Sequence record: DRR378314_1819
Strand: one strand, 5' to 3'
DNA: 39,932 bases
Below, piece by piece: positions 9,525 through 19,703 of the stretch. The position numbers were made by a program, and so were the translations under genes. The notes beneath the pieces were generated by a model. That model was not told the origin of the DNA. It saw only the letters and a program-made list of their open reading frames with translations, and ran no database searches. Within the stretch, counting starts at the first letter, position 1, and every line of letters starts with the position of its first letter.

Positions 9525-10327
9525 ATCACGCTCAGCAACTTGCCGACCGTGTTTGGCATCGCTACGACCGTAAAGAACGCTTAATCCGCTACGCTGTACT
9601 GCTAGGCACACTGATGCTGGTGTTCTGGGCGGTTCGCGATATTGATATTTTCTGGCCCTGGGTATGGGACGCGCCCAACCAAATGTCTAATTTGGCTGCG
9701 CGCATGTGGCCGCCTAGCCCTGCCGGGTTAAGCAATATTCTGAACGCGCTGCTCGAAACGGTACATATCGCGACGTTGGCCACATTTCTGACTATTTTCC
9801 TCGCCTTGCCAGTCGCCTATATCGCCGCCCAGAACACCACCCCCAATCGTGCCTGCCTATGGCTGGGGCGCTTTATTCTGGTCTCCAGCCGCTCGGTTAA
9901 TACGATTATATGGGCGCTGTTATTCGTGGCTATTTTTGGCCCCGGCGTATTAGCAGGGATCCTGGCGATTGTGTTTCGCTCGATAGGCTTTATTGGCAAA
10001 TTAATGGGTGAAGCCATTGAAGAAATCGACCGTCGCCCAGTGGAAGCGATGGAAGCCACCGGTGCTTCCAAGGCAAAAGTGGTCGCCTACGCTATTGTGC
10101 CCCAGGTGATGCCAGCCTTTTTTGCCATCGTGATTCTGCGCTGGGATATCAACATCCGGGAATCTACCGTGCTGGGACTCGTTGGCGCAGGTGGCATTGG
10201 CGTGATTCTGCAAGGCGCTATCGACACCTTTGCTTGGCCGACAGTCGCTACTATTTTGATCGCGATTATCATTTTGGTACTGATTGGCGAAGCCATTACT
10301 AGCCTACTGCGCAGCAAAGTGCTTTAA
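9518..10327 (+). CDS. phnE: PhnE-like permease 2
   Basis: GKLMGEAIEEID, DINIRESTVLGLVGAGGIG. Confidence 0.85.
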   Translation: MVDHAQQLADRVWHRYDRKERLIRYAVLLGTLMLVFWAVRDIDIFWPWVWDAPNQMSNLAARMWPPSPAGLSNILNALLETVHIATLATFLTIFLALPVAYIAAQNTTPNRACLWLGRFILVSSRSVNTIIWALLFVAIFGPGVLAGILAIVFRSIGFIGKLMGEAIEEIDRRPVEAMEATGASKAKVVAYAIVPQVMPAFFAIVILRWDINIRESTVLGLVGAGGIGVILQGAIDTFAWPTVATILIAIIILVLIGEAITSLLRSKVL

Positions 10328-10414
10328 CCCCTTTTTACCTTCGCAAGTGTTTGACCAAACGGCAAACGCTTGCCATGGTTAGAGGGTAACTAACGACAAG
10401 GAGGACGTACGACG

Positions 10415-10846
10415 ATGACCACCTATATCGTGGTAGCTGACGCCGCCCGCGCGCGTATTTTCACCCGTGATGCGTTGAATCTCACTGAGCATGAGAGCCT
10501 TGTACACGCAGCAGGCAGGCTGCACGAAGGTGATTTAATCACCGATCGCCGCGGTGCCGATGTCCATGAATCTACGTCAACCTCATCGCGCTCGTCTGGA
10601 GAAGAGGGCGCTGCCTCGCAGCATGAAAATGAGCTGTTTGCCAAAGAAGTCGCCAAACGCTTATATGGTGCACGCGTCGATAACAGCATGGAAAAGCTTA
10701 TTATGGTCGCGCCGCCAAAGTTTCTTGGGCTACTGCGAGAAAAGCTCGACAACACCACCCACAAACTGGTCATTCACACGCTTTCAAAAGATTTGAGTAA
10801 AGCTTCCCTGGCCGATATTCAAAACGCCGTTAGCGACCTACGCTAA
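10415..10846 (+). CDS. Host-attachment family protein (AtsE-like / baeRF-related)
   Basis: N-terminal YIVVADAARARIF, FA..VA..L, LIMVAPPKFLG.LR..L and KDL motifs; AAGGAGG RBS. Confidence 0.8.
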   Translation: MTTYIVVADAARARIFTRDALNLTEHESLVHAAGRLHEGDLITDRRGADVHESTSTSSRSSGEEGAASQHENELFAKEVAKRLYGARVDNSMEKLIMVAPPKFLGLLREKLDNTTHKLVIHTLSKDLSKASLADIQNAVSDLR

Positions 10847-10892
10847 TGCTCTCTACGTCACCCTCGCTTTCCCACTAAGCACGCTTTTCTGC

Positions 10893-10919
10893 TAAAGAAG
10901 TGGTCGCTTTTGCCGATAG
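10893..10919 (+). promoter_or_regulatory. sigma28 (FliA) promoter for MCP1-MCP2
   Basis: TAAA-N15-GCCGATAG matches TAAA-N15-GCCGATAA and lies directly upstream of chemoreceptor genes. Confidence 0.85.
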
Positions 10920-10951
10920 TCGTCTGACCCCTGACGATTTAGAGAGCGACC

Positions 10952-12823
10952 ATGTTTTCGTCCCTGCGAGCCCGCATCTTACTAGCCGCCCTCACGGCCA
11001 TTATTGTAGCCCTCATCATTAATGGCATAGCCAGCTACACCACCGTCAAGCATCACAACAATCAACAAGTAAGCCGCAATCTCAGTGCCGTCGTTAACGG
11101 CAACACCCAGGCAATTAATGAGTGGTTTAACGCTCGCTATACCATGCTGGCCAGCATGGATGATGCTGTTGGCAGCAGCGACCCGCTTGCCGCATTGCGA
11201 CAGCTGTCTGATTCTGGAAGCTTCATGACGGCCTATATGGCTTATCCCTCTACGTCTGATGCTGTTTTTTCTGATAACTGGCAGCCGCCTAGTGATTATG
11301 ACCCTCGCCAACGCCCCTGGTATCAAGACGCTGCCAACGCCAAAGACACCATTATCACAACGCCTTATGTCGATGCCCAAACAGGGGGGTTAATCGTTAC
11401 CTTTGCACGCCCCTTCTACCGTAACGGGCAGCTCGCCGCCGTCATTGGTGCAGATATCACCATTGAAGATGTCATTGATATTGTGGCCAGTATCGCCCCG
11501 ACACCTTCAAGCTTCGGTTTTTTGACGACGGAAGATGGCACGCTTGTGGCGCATCCTGACGCCGAGTTAACGCTTGAGCCGTCCTCAGTGTTGAGCAGCG
11601 ATCTAACCAACGACAGCTTGGCCAAGATTATCCAAGCCGAAGAGCCTCAAGCGCTTGAACTGCAAAACAGTGGCAAGCTGCTGATGGGCAGCACAGTGGG
11701 CGGCAGTAGTGGCTGGCAGTTAGTCGTGGCGCTTGATGAGCACGAAGCCACTGCAGGCCTGCGTGCCATTGCGACTACCTCGATTATCACTTTGCTGATT
11801 GTCGCGGCCATCACCGCCGTTATATTTGGTGTCCTGCTTTCATTGATGCTTCGTAGACTGCTTGGCGTGCGCAACGCGATGGATAACATTGCCTCGGGAG
11901 ATGGCGATTTAACCCTACGTTTGCCAGAAGAAGGCAACGATGAAGTGACCCAAATTGCCAGCGCGTTCAACCGTTTTGTCGGCAAAATGGAAGCCGTATT
12001 GGTTGATGTCCGCACGAGCAGTGAAGCGGTTCATCACGCGGCCAACGAAATTGCCATGGGTGGTCAGGATTTATCACGCCGTACCGATAACGCGGCCGCA
12101 AGCCTGCAGCAAACATCTGCGTCGATCGAGGAAATCACCAGCACCGTTCAACACACTGCCGCATCTGCCCAGCAAGCCAACCAGCTCTCCCATGCCGCAT
12201 CAAACGTTGCAAAGGAAGGCGGCCAAGTGGTGGCAAATGTCGTCACAACAATGGAAGACATTTCTCAATCCTCTAATAAAATTGGTGAGATTGTCACGCT
12301 GATGAACAGCATTGCCTTCCAAACCAATCTGCTGGCACTCAACGCCTCTGTAGAAGCGGCCCGTGCCGGCGAACATGGCCGCGGCTTTGCCGTAGTGGCC
12401 GACGAGGTCCGCAAGCTTGCGGGGCGCAGCAGCGAAGCTGCCAACGATATTCAAAAGCTAATCGAAGACTCACAAAGCAAAGTCAACAATGGCACCTCTC
12501 TGGTACAAAATGCGGGTGCGACGATGCAGGATATTGTTGCCCATATCACCCGTGTTACCGATGTGCTGGAGGAGATTAACGCAGCCACCAGCGAGCAGAG
12601 CGACGGCATTAATCAAGTCAATATTGCCGTTGCCGAGCTTGATCGCATGACCCAGGAAAACGCTGCCATGGTGGAAGAGTCCACTACTGCTGCTGAGCAA
12701 CTGAAAGAGCAAGCGGAGCATCTCGCGGGGACTATCAGCAGCTTTAAACTGTCCCACGCTGCCACGCCTGCTTTGCAAGTGCCCTACCAAACACCTGACA
12801 ACCAACGTCGCCATATCGCCTAG
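10952..12823 (+). CDS. Methyl-accepting chemotaxis protein with dCache_1 amino-acid-type sensor
   Basis: Two TM helices; YDPRQRPWY...PY.D...VIGAD amino-acid motif; [38 protein letters not shown]. Confidence 0.93.
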   Translation: MFSSLRARILLAALTAIIVALIINGIASYTTVKHHNNQQVSRNLSAVVNGNTQAINEWFNARYTMLASMDDAVGSSDPLAALRQLSDSGSFMTAYMAYPSTSDAVFSDNWQPPSDYDPRQRPWYQDAANAKDTIITTPYVDAQTGGLIVTFARPFYRNGQLAAVIGADITIEDVIDIVASIAPTPSSFGFLTTEDGTLVAHPDAELTLEPSSVLSSDLTNDSLAKIIQAEEPQALELQNSGKLLMGSTVGGSSGWQLVVALDEHEATAGLRAIATTSIITLLIVAAITAVIFGVLLSLMLRRLLGVRNAMDNIASGDGDLTLRLPEEGNDEVTQIASAFNRFVGKMEAVLVDVRTSSEAVHHAANEIAMGGQDLSRRTDNAAASLQQTSASIEEITSTVQHTAASAQQANQLSHAASNVAKEGGQVVANVVTTMEDISQSSNKIGEIVTLMNSIAFQTNLLALNASVEAARAGEHGRGFAVVADEVRKLAGRSSEAANDIQKLIEDSQSKVNNGTSLVQNAGATMQDIVAHITRVTDVLEEINAATSEQSDGINQVNIAVAELDRMTQENAAMVEESTTAAEQLKEQAEHLAGTISSFKLSHAATPALQVPYQTPDNQRRHIA

Positions 12824-12833
12824 GGATTACACT

Positions 12834-14951
12834 ATGCATTTCCGCTCATTACGCTCTTTTGTCGTGGCACTAGCAGGCCCTTGCCTGTTAGCCATTGTGG
12901 CCGCCCTGGTGGTGTATAACTTGATCGCCGCCTCACACACCCAACAAACCGTGGATGACCACACCAGTGAGCTCATGGAAGGCGCGCTGGATGCCCGCTT
13001 AAACGCCATTGCCGAAGCAGAAGGTCAGCGCATTCAGCGCGAGCTGGACAAAGCGATGACGCTGGCCAGCCAACTCGCCATGACCAATGCGTTAATGGGC
13101 ATGGACGATGCAGAAGGCCAACGCGCGCTCTACTTAAGCCGCCGACAGCTATCAAACCTTGTGCGCCAAACCGTCGCCGACAACCCTGACCTATTGGATG
13201 CCTATATCGGCTGGGAGCCCAACGCTTTTGGAGATGACGCGCGCTACGCGGGTGACGAGCGCTACGGCCATGACGCCAGCGGCCGCTTTATGCCTTGGTG
13301 GTACCGCACTGATGATGGCGAGCTGGCGATACTGCCGCTAGGTGAGGACATAGAGAGCGAAACGCCCCTGGCAAGCGGCGTGCGCGAAGGCGAGTACTAC
13401 CTGTGTCCACGGGAAACCTTAGCTCCCTGTATTATCGACCCCGCGGCTTACGACTTCGGCGGCGAAACCCAGCTAGTCACCTCGTTCAACGCGCCGATCT
13501 TGGTAGATGGCGAATTTCGCGGTGTGGCGGGGATTGATTTGGCGCTTAACTTTATCCAAACCCTGTTAAACGATGCTAACCAGGCGCTTTATAACGGCGC
13601 TGGCCGGATGACACTGGTGGCGGGACGTGGCGGTTTGGTAGCGGATACCGCTGGCAAAGAAGCCTTGGGCTTGCCCGCTAGCGATTCGCTAAGTGACACG
13701 CTATTGGCAGGCATTGAGCAGGCAACAACGCAGGGCAGCCTACACAGCAGCATGGCCGATGGTATGTTCCAGCGTTATCAGCCTATCACCCTTGGCAATA
13801 CGGATCAGCCCTGGGTGCTGATACTGCAGCTTCCCGAGTCAGTGGTGCTGGCCGAACTGAACGCCTTGCAAGACGTGCTCAGCGAGCAGCGTCAGCAAAA
13901 CACGCTGGGCATGACGCTGGTGGGCTTATTGCTGGCCGCGATTGGTGTCGGCGCACTATGGTGGATTGGTGGACGAATCGCACGCCCTCTTAAACGCCTA
14001 GCCAACCGGATGGAAGAGATCGCAACCGGACATGGCGACCTTACCCAACGCTTGCCAGTTCATGGCCGCGATGAGAGCGCAGCGGTAGCAGAACAGTTCA
14101 ATGCCTTCGCGGAGAAAATCCAAACCATCTTGCTAGATGTACGGCGCAGCAGCGAAGCGGTTAACCATGCGGCCAATGAGATTACCCAAGGAGGGCACGA
14201 TCTTTCTCGGCGTACCGAACAGGCCGCCGCCAGCCTGCAACAGACCTCTTCAGCCATGGAAGAGATCAGCAGTACCGTTGGCCACACCACCCACGCCTCA
14301 CAGGAAGCCAGCGGGCTTTCCCAAACCGCCTCGGAGCTAGCGTCCCGTACTGACAGTGCGTTTGAACAGGTGGTCGCCACGATGACGGATATTCGCACCA
14401 ACTCTGATGAAATTCAGAGCATTGTCAGCGTCATTGATGGCATCGCTTTCCAGACTAACCTGCTGGCGCTAAACGCATCCGTAGAGGCTGCCCGTGCAGG
14501 GGAGCATGGTCGTGGTTTTGCCGTCGTGGCTGATGAGGTGCGTAAACTCGCCTCGCGCAGCAGCGACGCCGCCAAAGATATTCGCCAACGCATCGATGCC
14601 TCGGCAGGTAAGGTAGAAAGCGGTACCCAAATGGTGCGTGATGCCGAAGCTGCCATGCATGAACTGGCTCAAAGCGTGACGCGCGTTACTCAAATGCTCG
14701 GCGATATCAGCACGGCCGCGCGCGAGCAAAACGATGGTATTAGTCAGGTAAGCATTGCCGTTACCGATCTAGACCAGATGACTCAGCAAAACGCAGCCTT
14801 AGTGGAGGAGTCCACCACCGCCGCCGAACAGCTAAAAGATCAGGCGGATCGGCTCGATGCACTGGTGGGTGGCTTCACGCTTGAAGCACATGACAGCCGC
14901 CACCCACAGAGCCAACACACGCTGCCTGCGCCAACGCTGGCACAGTACTAA
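12834..14951 (+). CDS. Methyl-accepting chemotaxis protein with a large dCache sensor (PctD/TlpQ/McpU-like amine receptor type)
   Basis: [22 protein letters not shown]...CIIDP; HAMP; MCP signalling motif. The ligand class is inferred from remembered similarity. Confidence 0.88.
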   Translation: MHFRSLRSFVVALAGPCLLAIVAALVVYNLIAASHTQQTVDDHTSELMEGALDARLNAIAEAEGQRIQRELDKAMTLASQLAMTNALMGMDDAEGQRALYLSRRQLSNLVRQTVADNPDLLDAYIGWEPNAFGDDARYAGDERYGHDASGRFMPWWYRTDDGELAILPLGEDIESETPLASGVREGEYYLCPRETLAPCIIDPAAYDFGGETQLVTSFNAPILVDGEFRGVAGIDLALNFIQTLLNDANQALYNGAGRMTLVAGRGGLVADTAGKEALGLPASDSLSDTLLAGIEQATTQGSLHSSMADGMFQRYQPITLGNTDQPWVLILQLPESVVLAELNALQDVLSEQRQQNTLGMTLVGLLLAAIGVGALWWIGGRIARPLKRLANRMEEIATGHGDLTQRLPVHGRDESAAVAEQFNAFAEKIQTILLDVRRSSEAVNHAANEITQGGHDLSRRTEQAAASLQQTSSAMEEISSTVGHTTHASQEASGLSQTASELASRTDSAFEQVVATMTDIRTNSDEIQSIVSVIDGIAFQTNLLALNASVEAARAGEHGRGFAVVADEVRKLASRSSDAAKDIRQRIDASAGKVESGTQMVRDAEAAMHELAQSVTRVTQMLGDISTAAREQNDGISQVSIAVTDLDQMTQQNAALVEESTTAAEQLKDQADRLDALVGGFTLEAHDSRHPQSQHTLPAPTLAQY

Positions 14952-15144
14952 ACAGCGATTAAATTAGGCCGCCAGGAGATCAGCAGTAGCAGAGGTTTAT
15001 CGCTACGCTGGGCTCCGGCGGTCATTATCCTGCCAGGCCTCATTTCGAGGCCCACCTCGTTATCCATCCTGCCTTAGCTCAGTTTACTCCAGGGCGTGTT
15101 CTCCCCCTTGCGAACCGATAACTACACGATCTTAAGCATACGCC

Positions 15145-15171
15145 TAAAGTCGTAATCATTGGTGCCGATAG
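15145..15171 (+). promoter_or_regulatory. sigma28 (FliA) promoter for MCP3
   Basis: TAAA-N15-GCCGATAG. Confidence 0.85.
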
Positions 15172-15179
15172 TAGGGCTG

Positions 15180-15235
15180 CAGATAGTACTTATCAGATAG
15201 TACGTAACAGATAGTACGTAACAGATAGTACCTAA
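15180..15235 (+). repeat. 4 x 14-bp tandem repeat (CAGATAGTAC-NTAW) in the MCP3 leader
   Basis: CAGATAGTACTTAT / CAGATAGTACGTAA / CAGATAGTACGTAA / CAGATAGTACCTAA. Confidence 0.95.
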
Positions 15236-15285
15236 AAAGTGGCCTGTTTTAGGCCTTAGCTTTCCTAACTAGCGAGACTATATTC

Positions 15286-17142
15286 ATGCTGTCGTCCCTA
15301 CGCTTGCGTATTCTTATCATCACATTAATGGTAATTACGCTAGCACTGACTATTAATGCCTCAGTCAGCTACCTGACCCTGCAAACACATAATGACCAGC
15401 AGGTAACTCAGCAGTTGGCCTCAATTGCACAGGGTAACGCCCTGGCCATTGAGGAGTGGGTTGATGCCCGAGCCGCCATACTAGAAGCCGCGCGCACGCC
15501 AGTGATCGATAATGACCCGCTTGCGCCACTCATTCAGGTAGCAGAGTCAGGCGGTTTCCTAACGGCATTTTTCGGCCAAGCCGATGGTAGCCACCTTTCG
15601 TCCGATGGCTGGGTACCAGGCAGTGATTATGATCCACGCCAGCGTGACTGGTACCAAGCAGCAACAAAGCAGGATCGTACTATCGTCTCGCTGCCTTACG
15701 TGGACGCTAATAGCAATCAGCTAGTGGTTAGCTTTGCTACGCCAGTCAAGCGTAATGGCCGTTTGTATGGGGTGATCGGCGGCGATGTCGTCATCGACAA
15801 CCTAGTCAGTCAGGTCAACGCTATTCGGCCAACGCCTTCGAGTTTCGCCTTTCTAAGTAGCGGCGGCGAGACTGTGATTGCTCACCCCGACACTGCACTG
15901 ACGCTCAAACCGCTGAGTCGAATTAGCGACACCCTGTCCCCTGCGTCCATCGAACAGCTGAGCGCTGTGCAAGACGCGTGGGAGCCTATCGAAGTCGATG
16001 GCCTGGATAAGCGACTCTCGGTGACCCCCATCGCAGGAACCGACTGGGAACTCGGCGTGGCACTAGACGAGCATGAAGCCACGGCAGGGCTGCGGGCCAT
16101 CCTCAAATCTTCACTATTGACGCTAATCGCCATCATTGCGGTCACGGCGCTGCTGTTGAGCCTGTGGCTCAAACGTACTTTCGCTGGCCTAGAACGGGCG
16201 CGTGATGCCCTGGATGACATTGCCAGCGGCGAAGGTGATCTAACCCGCCGACTTCCCGAACAGGGCAGTGATGAAGTAGCTCAGATCTGCGGTGCTTTCA
16301 ACCGCTTTGTAGGCAAAATGGAAGCGGTATTGGTCGATGTACGCACCAGCAGTGAATCGGTGCACCATGCCGCTAACGAAATTGCCTTGGGCGGCCAGGA
16401 TCTATCCCGCCGTACCGATAACGCAGCGTCTAGCCTGCAGCAGACTTCTGCCTCAGTCGAACAGATAACCAGCACCGTAGAGCACACCGCTGCCTCGGCC
16501 CAAGAAGCCAACAAACTCTCTCAAACGGCCTCGAAAGTAGCTAAAGAAGGCGGGCAAGTGGTCGCCAATGTGGTTACCACGATGGAAGATATTTCCCAGG
16601 CCTCCCATAAAATTGGCGAAATCGTCACGCTAATGAACAGTATTGCCTTCCAAACCAACCTGCTGGCCCTTAACGCCTCCGTAGAAGCCGCCCGGGCAGG
16701 GGAGCATGGCCGTGGTTTTGCGGTCGTTGCTGATGAAGTACGAAAATTAGCAGGGCGCAGTAGTGAAGCCGCCAACGATATTCAAAAACTCATTGAAGAC
16801 TCACAAAGCAGAGTGAATAACGGTACCGCATTAGTGCAAAACGCGGGCGCAACCATGCAGGACATTGTCGCTCATATCACTCGCGTTACCGATGTGTTGG
16901 AGGAAATCAACTCCGCCACGAGTGAGCAGAGCGATGGCATCAAACAGATCAATATCGCCGTGTCTGAACTTGACCGTATGACCCAGGAGAATGCTGCCAT
17001 GGTGGAAGAGTCCACCACGGCCGCTGAACAGCTGAAAGAACAAGCTGATCATCTTAAGGGCACCATCAGCAGCTTTAAGCTGTCTCAACACCCTTCGGCT
17101 CCTCTAACCGTCAACGCAACCAACGCTTTGCCATCGTATTGA
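15286..17142 (+). CDS. Methyl-accepting chemotaxis protein with dCache_1 amino-acid-type sensor; paralog of 10952..12823
   Basis: YDPRQRDWY...PYVD...VIGGD; HAMP; signalling domain almost identical to MCP1. Confidence 0.93.
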   Translation: MLSSLRLRILIITLMVITLALTINASVSYLTLQTHNDQQVTQQLASIAQGNALAIEEWVDARAAILEAARTPVIDNDPLAPLIQVAESGGFLTAFFGQADGSHLSSDGWVPGSDYDPRQRDWYQAATKQDRTIVSLPYVDANSNQLVVSFATPVKRNGRLYGVIGGDVVIDNLVSQVNAIRPTPSSFAFLSSGGETVIAHPDTALTLKPLSRISDTLSPASIEQLSAVQDAWEPIEVDGLDKRLSVTPIAGTDWELGVALDEHEATAGLRAILKSSLLTLIAIIAVTALLLSLWLKRTFAGLERARDALDDIASGEGDLTRRLPEQGSDEVAQICGAFNRFVGKMEAVLVDVRTSSESVHHAANEIALGGQDLSRRTDNAASSLQQTSASVEQITSTVEHTAASAQEANKLSQTASKVAKEGGQVVANVVTTMEDISQASHKIGEIVTLMNSIAFQTNLLALNASVEAARAGEHGRGFAVVADEVRKLAGRSSEAANDIQKLIEDSQSRVNNGTALVQNAGATMQDIVAHITRVTDVLEEINSATSEQSDGIKQINIAVSELDRMTQENAAMVEESTTAAEQLKEQADHLKGTISSFKLSQHPSAPLTVNATNALPSY

Positions 17143-17146
17143 GTGA

Positions 17147-18073
17147 CTAAGGAATCGGCGGCAGTGGAATATCATCACTGCGCTTGGCACCCGCGGTCAT
17201 CTCGCGGCAAAGTCGCAAGAACTCTCGTACCCCCGTGGTAAGGTACTTGTGGCGGTGCCATATGAAGGTAAACTGACGTTTTAAGTCTAATTCCGGTGTT
17301 GGCAGAGGCACTAAGCTGCCACGCCGGAAAGCATCACGCAGTGCTAGCCTGGAAACGCAGCCAATCCCCAGCCCCGACTCTACTGCCCGCTTAATACCCT
17401 CGGTATGTTCAAGCTCCAACAGGGTATTAAACCGACTACGCCGATGCCGCGCGGCGTGCTCAAGAGTCATGCGGGTGCCAGAACCCTCCTCGCGCATAAT
17501 CCAGTCTTCACGCAACAGTTGTTCCAGCTCAAGATGCTCGCGACCCGCCAACGGGTGGCGCGGTGAGCAGAAGACGCACAGCTCATCCTCGACCCATGGC
17601 TGGCTAATAATCATATCGTCGTCGCACTGCCCTTCAATCAGCCCTAAATCAAGCGAGTGCTGGCGCACGCTCTCAATAATGTGGCGCGTGTTACGCACCG
17701 CCAACCGCACCCGACTGCCGGGATAGCGCTGCATGAAATCGCTGATCAACAGAGTGGCTAGATAGTTGCCAATGGTTAGCGTTGCGCCCACGTCCAATGC
17801 GCCTACGCCCTGCTGGCCGCGCAACAGTTCCTCTACCTCTTCGGCCCTGTCCAGCAAGGCCACCGCTTTTGGCAACAGTTGAAAGCCCAACGCATTAAGC
17901 TTCAGCCGTTTGCCCATGCGGTCGAGAAGCTGGCAGTCAAATTGACGCTCAAGCTCCGCTAGCGACGTACTGGTAGCAGATTGGGACATAGCGAGGGCAC
18001 GCGCCGCCTGAGAAACACTTTCGTGCTGGGCGACGGCCACAAAGACTTCCAACTGGCGCAGGGTGTAATGCAT
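17147..18073 (-). CDS. finR: LysR-family regulator FinR
   Basis: LysR HTH (TLRQLEVFVAVA..ESVSQAA..L.MSQSA), GATLTIGNYL; divergent from fpr as in Pseudomonas. Confidence 0.85.
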   Translation of the reverse strand: MHYTLRQLEVFVAVAQHESVSQAARALAMSQSATSTSLAELERQFDCQLLDRMGKRLKLNALGFQLLPKAVALLDRAEEVEELLRGQQGVGALDVGATLTIGNYLATLLISDFMQRYPGSRVRLAVRNTRHIIESVRQHSLDLGLIEGQCDDDMIISQPWVEDELCVFCSPRHPLAGREHLELEQLLREDWIMREEGSGTRMTLEHAARHRRSRFNTLLELEHTEGIKRAVESGLGIGCVSRLALRDAFRRGSLVPLPTPELDLKRQFTFIWHRHKYLTTGVREFLRLCREMTAGAKRSDDIPLPPIP

Positions 18074-18101
18074 AGAGACAACCTATCTTGTTTAGGCGGC
18101 A

Positions 18102-18118
18102 TATCTATTTTTTAGATA
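18102..18118. promoter_or_regulatory. FinR (LysR T-N11-A) operator
   Basis: Palindrome TATCTA-N5-TAGATA in the finR/fpr intergenic region; resembles the TATC-N9-GATA Pseudomonas FinR site. Confidence 0.7.
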
Positions 18119-18256
18119 AGTGTTATCAGTATAATTCGCTTAACAGATATATCTCTCTTTATTTAGAATTAGTAGCAACATATTTAGCCATTTTTTATGC
18201 TTTTTTAGAATATGGCAGACGAGGCTTAGGCCACTCTGCCCATTGGAGGAGTTAGC

Positions 18257-19033
18257 ATGAGCAAGTTTGCCCTGGAAGAAGTCCTCAGCGTTCACCACTG
18301 GAACGACACCCTGTTCAGCTTCCGCACCACTCGCGAGCGTAGCCTACGCTTCAAAAATGGTCAGTTTGTGATGATTGGCCTGGAAGTGAACGGCAAACCG
18401 CTGATGCGTGCTTACTCCATCGCCAGCCCCAACTACGAAGACCATCTGGAATTTTTCAGCATCAAAGTACCCGATGGCCCGCTCACCTCGCGCTTGCAGC
18501 ACCTTCAAGTTGGCGACCAAATTATGGTCAGCCGCAAGCCTACGGGCACGCTGGTATGCGATGACCTGCTTCCCGGCCGCAACCTTTACATGCTTTCCAC
18601 CGGAACAGGCCTTGCACCGTTTATGAGTCTGATCCAAGACCCAGAAGTGTACGAGCGCTTTGAAAAAGTAGTGCTGGTGCATGGCGTACGCGAAGTATCT
18701 GAACTTGCCTATGCCGACTTTATTACCAAAGAACTGCCTGCTCACGAGTATTTAGGCGAAGAGATTGCCGAGAAGCTGGTGTACTACCCCACGGTCACCC
18801 GTGAAGAATTCCACACCATGGGACGCCTGACCGATCACATTCGCAGCGGCAAGCTGTTTGAAGATACCGATCTTCCGCCGATTGATCCGCGCCAAGACCG
18901 CGCGATGATTTGCGGCAGCCCCGCCATGCTCGACGACACTAGCGCGCTGCTAGACGAATTGGGCCTGAATATTTCCCCGCGGATGGGCGAGCCGGGTGAT
19001 TACGTGATTGAACGCGCCTTTGTTGAGAAGTAA
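18257..19033 (+). CDS. fpr: Ferredoxin(flavodoxin)-NADP+ reductase
   Basis: RAYSIAS FAD motif, GPLTSRL, STGTGLAPF, MICGSPAM, C-terminal ERAFVEK. Confidence 0.96.
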   Translation: MSKFALEEVLSVHHWNDTLFSFRTTRERSLRFKNGQFVMIGLEVNGKPLMRAYSIASPNYEDHLEFFSIKVPDGPLTSRLQHLQVGDQIMVSRKPTGTLVCDDLLPGRNLYMLSTGTGLAPFMSLIQDPEVYERFEKVVLVHGVREVSELAYADFITKELPAHEYLGEEIAEKLVYYPTVTREEFHTMGRLTDHIRSGKLFEDTDLPPIDPRQDRAMICGSPAMLDDTSALLDELGLNISPRMGEPGDYVIERAFVEK

Positions 19034-19092
19034 GGCGTCAACGGTAAAGAGTAGCAAGTCGAAGGCAGGAAAATCACTTGCTAAGCTATGGT

Positions 19093-19130
19093 AAAAAGCC
19101 CCGCTAAACCGATAGTTTAGCGGGGCTTTT
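19093..19130. terminator. Bidirectional terminator between fpr and the PII gene
   Basis: AAAAGCCCCGCTAAAC-cgata-GTTTAGCGGGGCTTTT. Confidence 0.9.
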
Positions 19131-19161
19131 GGTAACCTTAGGCTGCGAACACCCGTCGCGA

Positions 19162-19527
<366 letters not shown>

Positions 19528-19642
19528 TTATTAAAGGTTGGCGGGACACTGCTGTTAGCCAAGCCCGTTAGCGTTAAGCATACACCGCTACAGGCAGAGA
19601 ATAAAAAATCAGCGCCTATGGATTGTAACAATGCACTAAGGC

Positions 19643-19672
19643 AAAAAGGCCTCCCGCTAGGGGAGGCCAAAA
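19643..19672 (-). terminator. Terminator after amt
   Basis: On the minus strand, GGCCTCCC-ctagc-GGGAGGCC-TTTTT. Confidence 0.8.
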
Positions 19673-19703
19673 GAGCACGCCAGCTCATTTCATTAGCGTA
19701 AGC

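Noticed and set aside
14948..15067. 39-aa minus-strand ORF (MDNEVGLEMRPGRIMTAG...) preceded by AAGGCAGG
   Set aside because: No recognisable motif and poor RBS spacing; it runs through hairpin-forming sequence, so chance is likely. Ribosome profiling would be needed.
15180..15235. Possible mini-CRISPR array
   Set aside because: Units are 14 bp and directly abutting, with no unique spacers and no cas genes.
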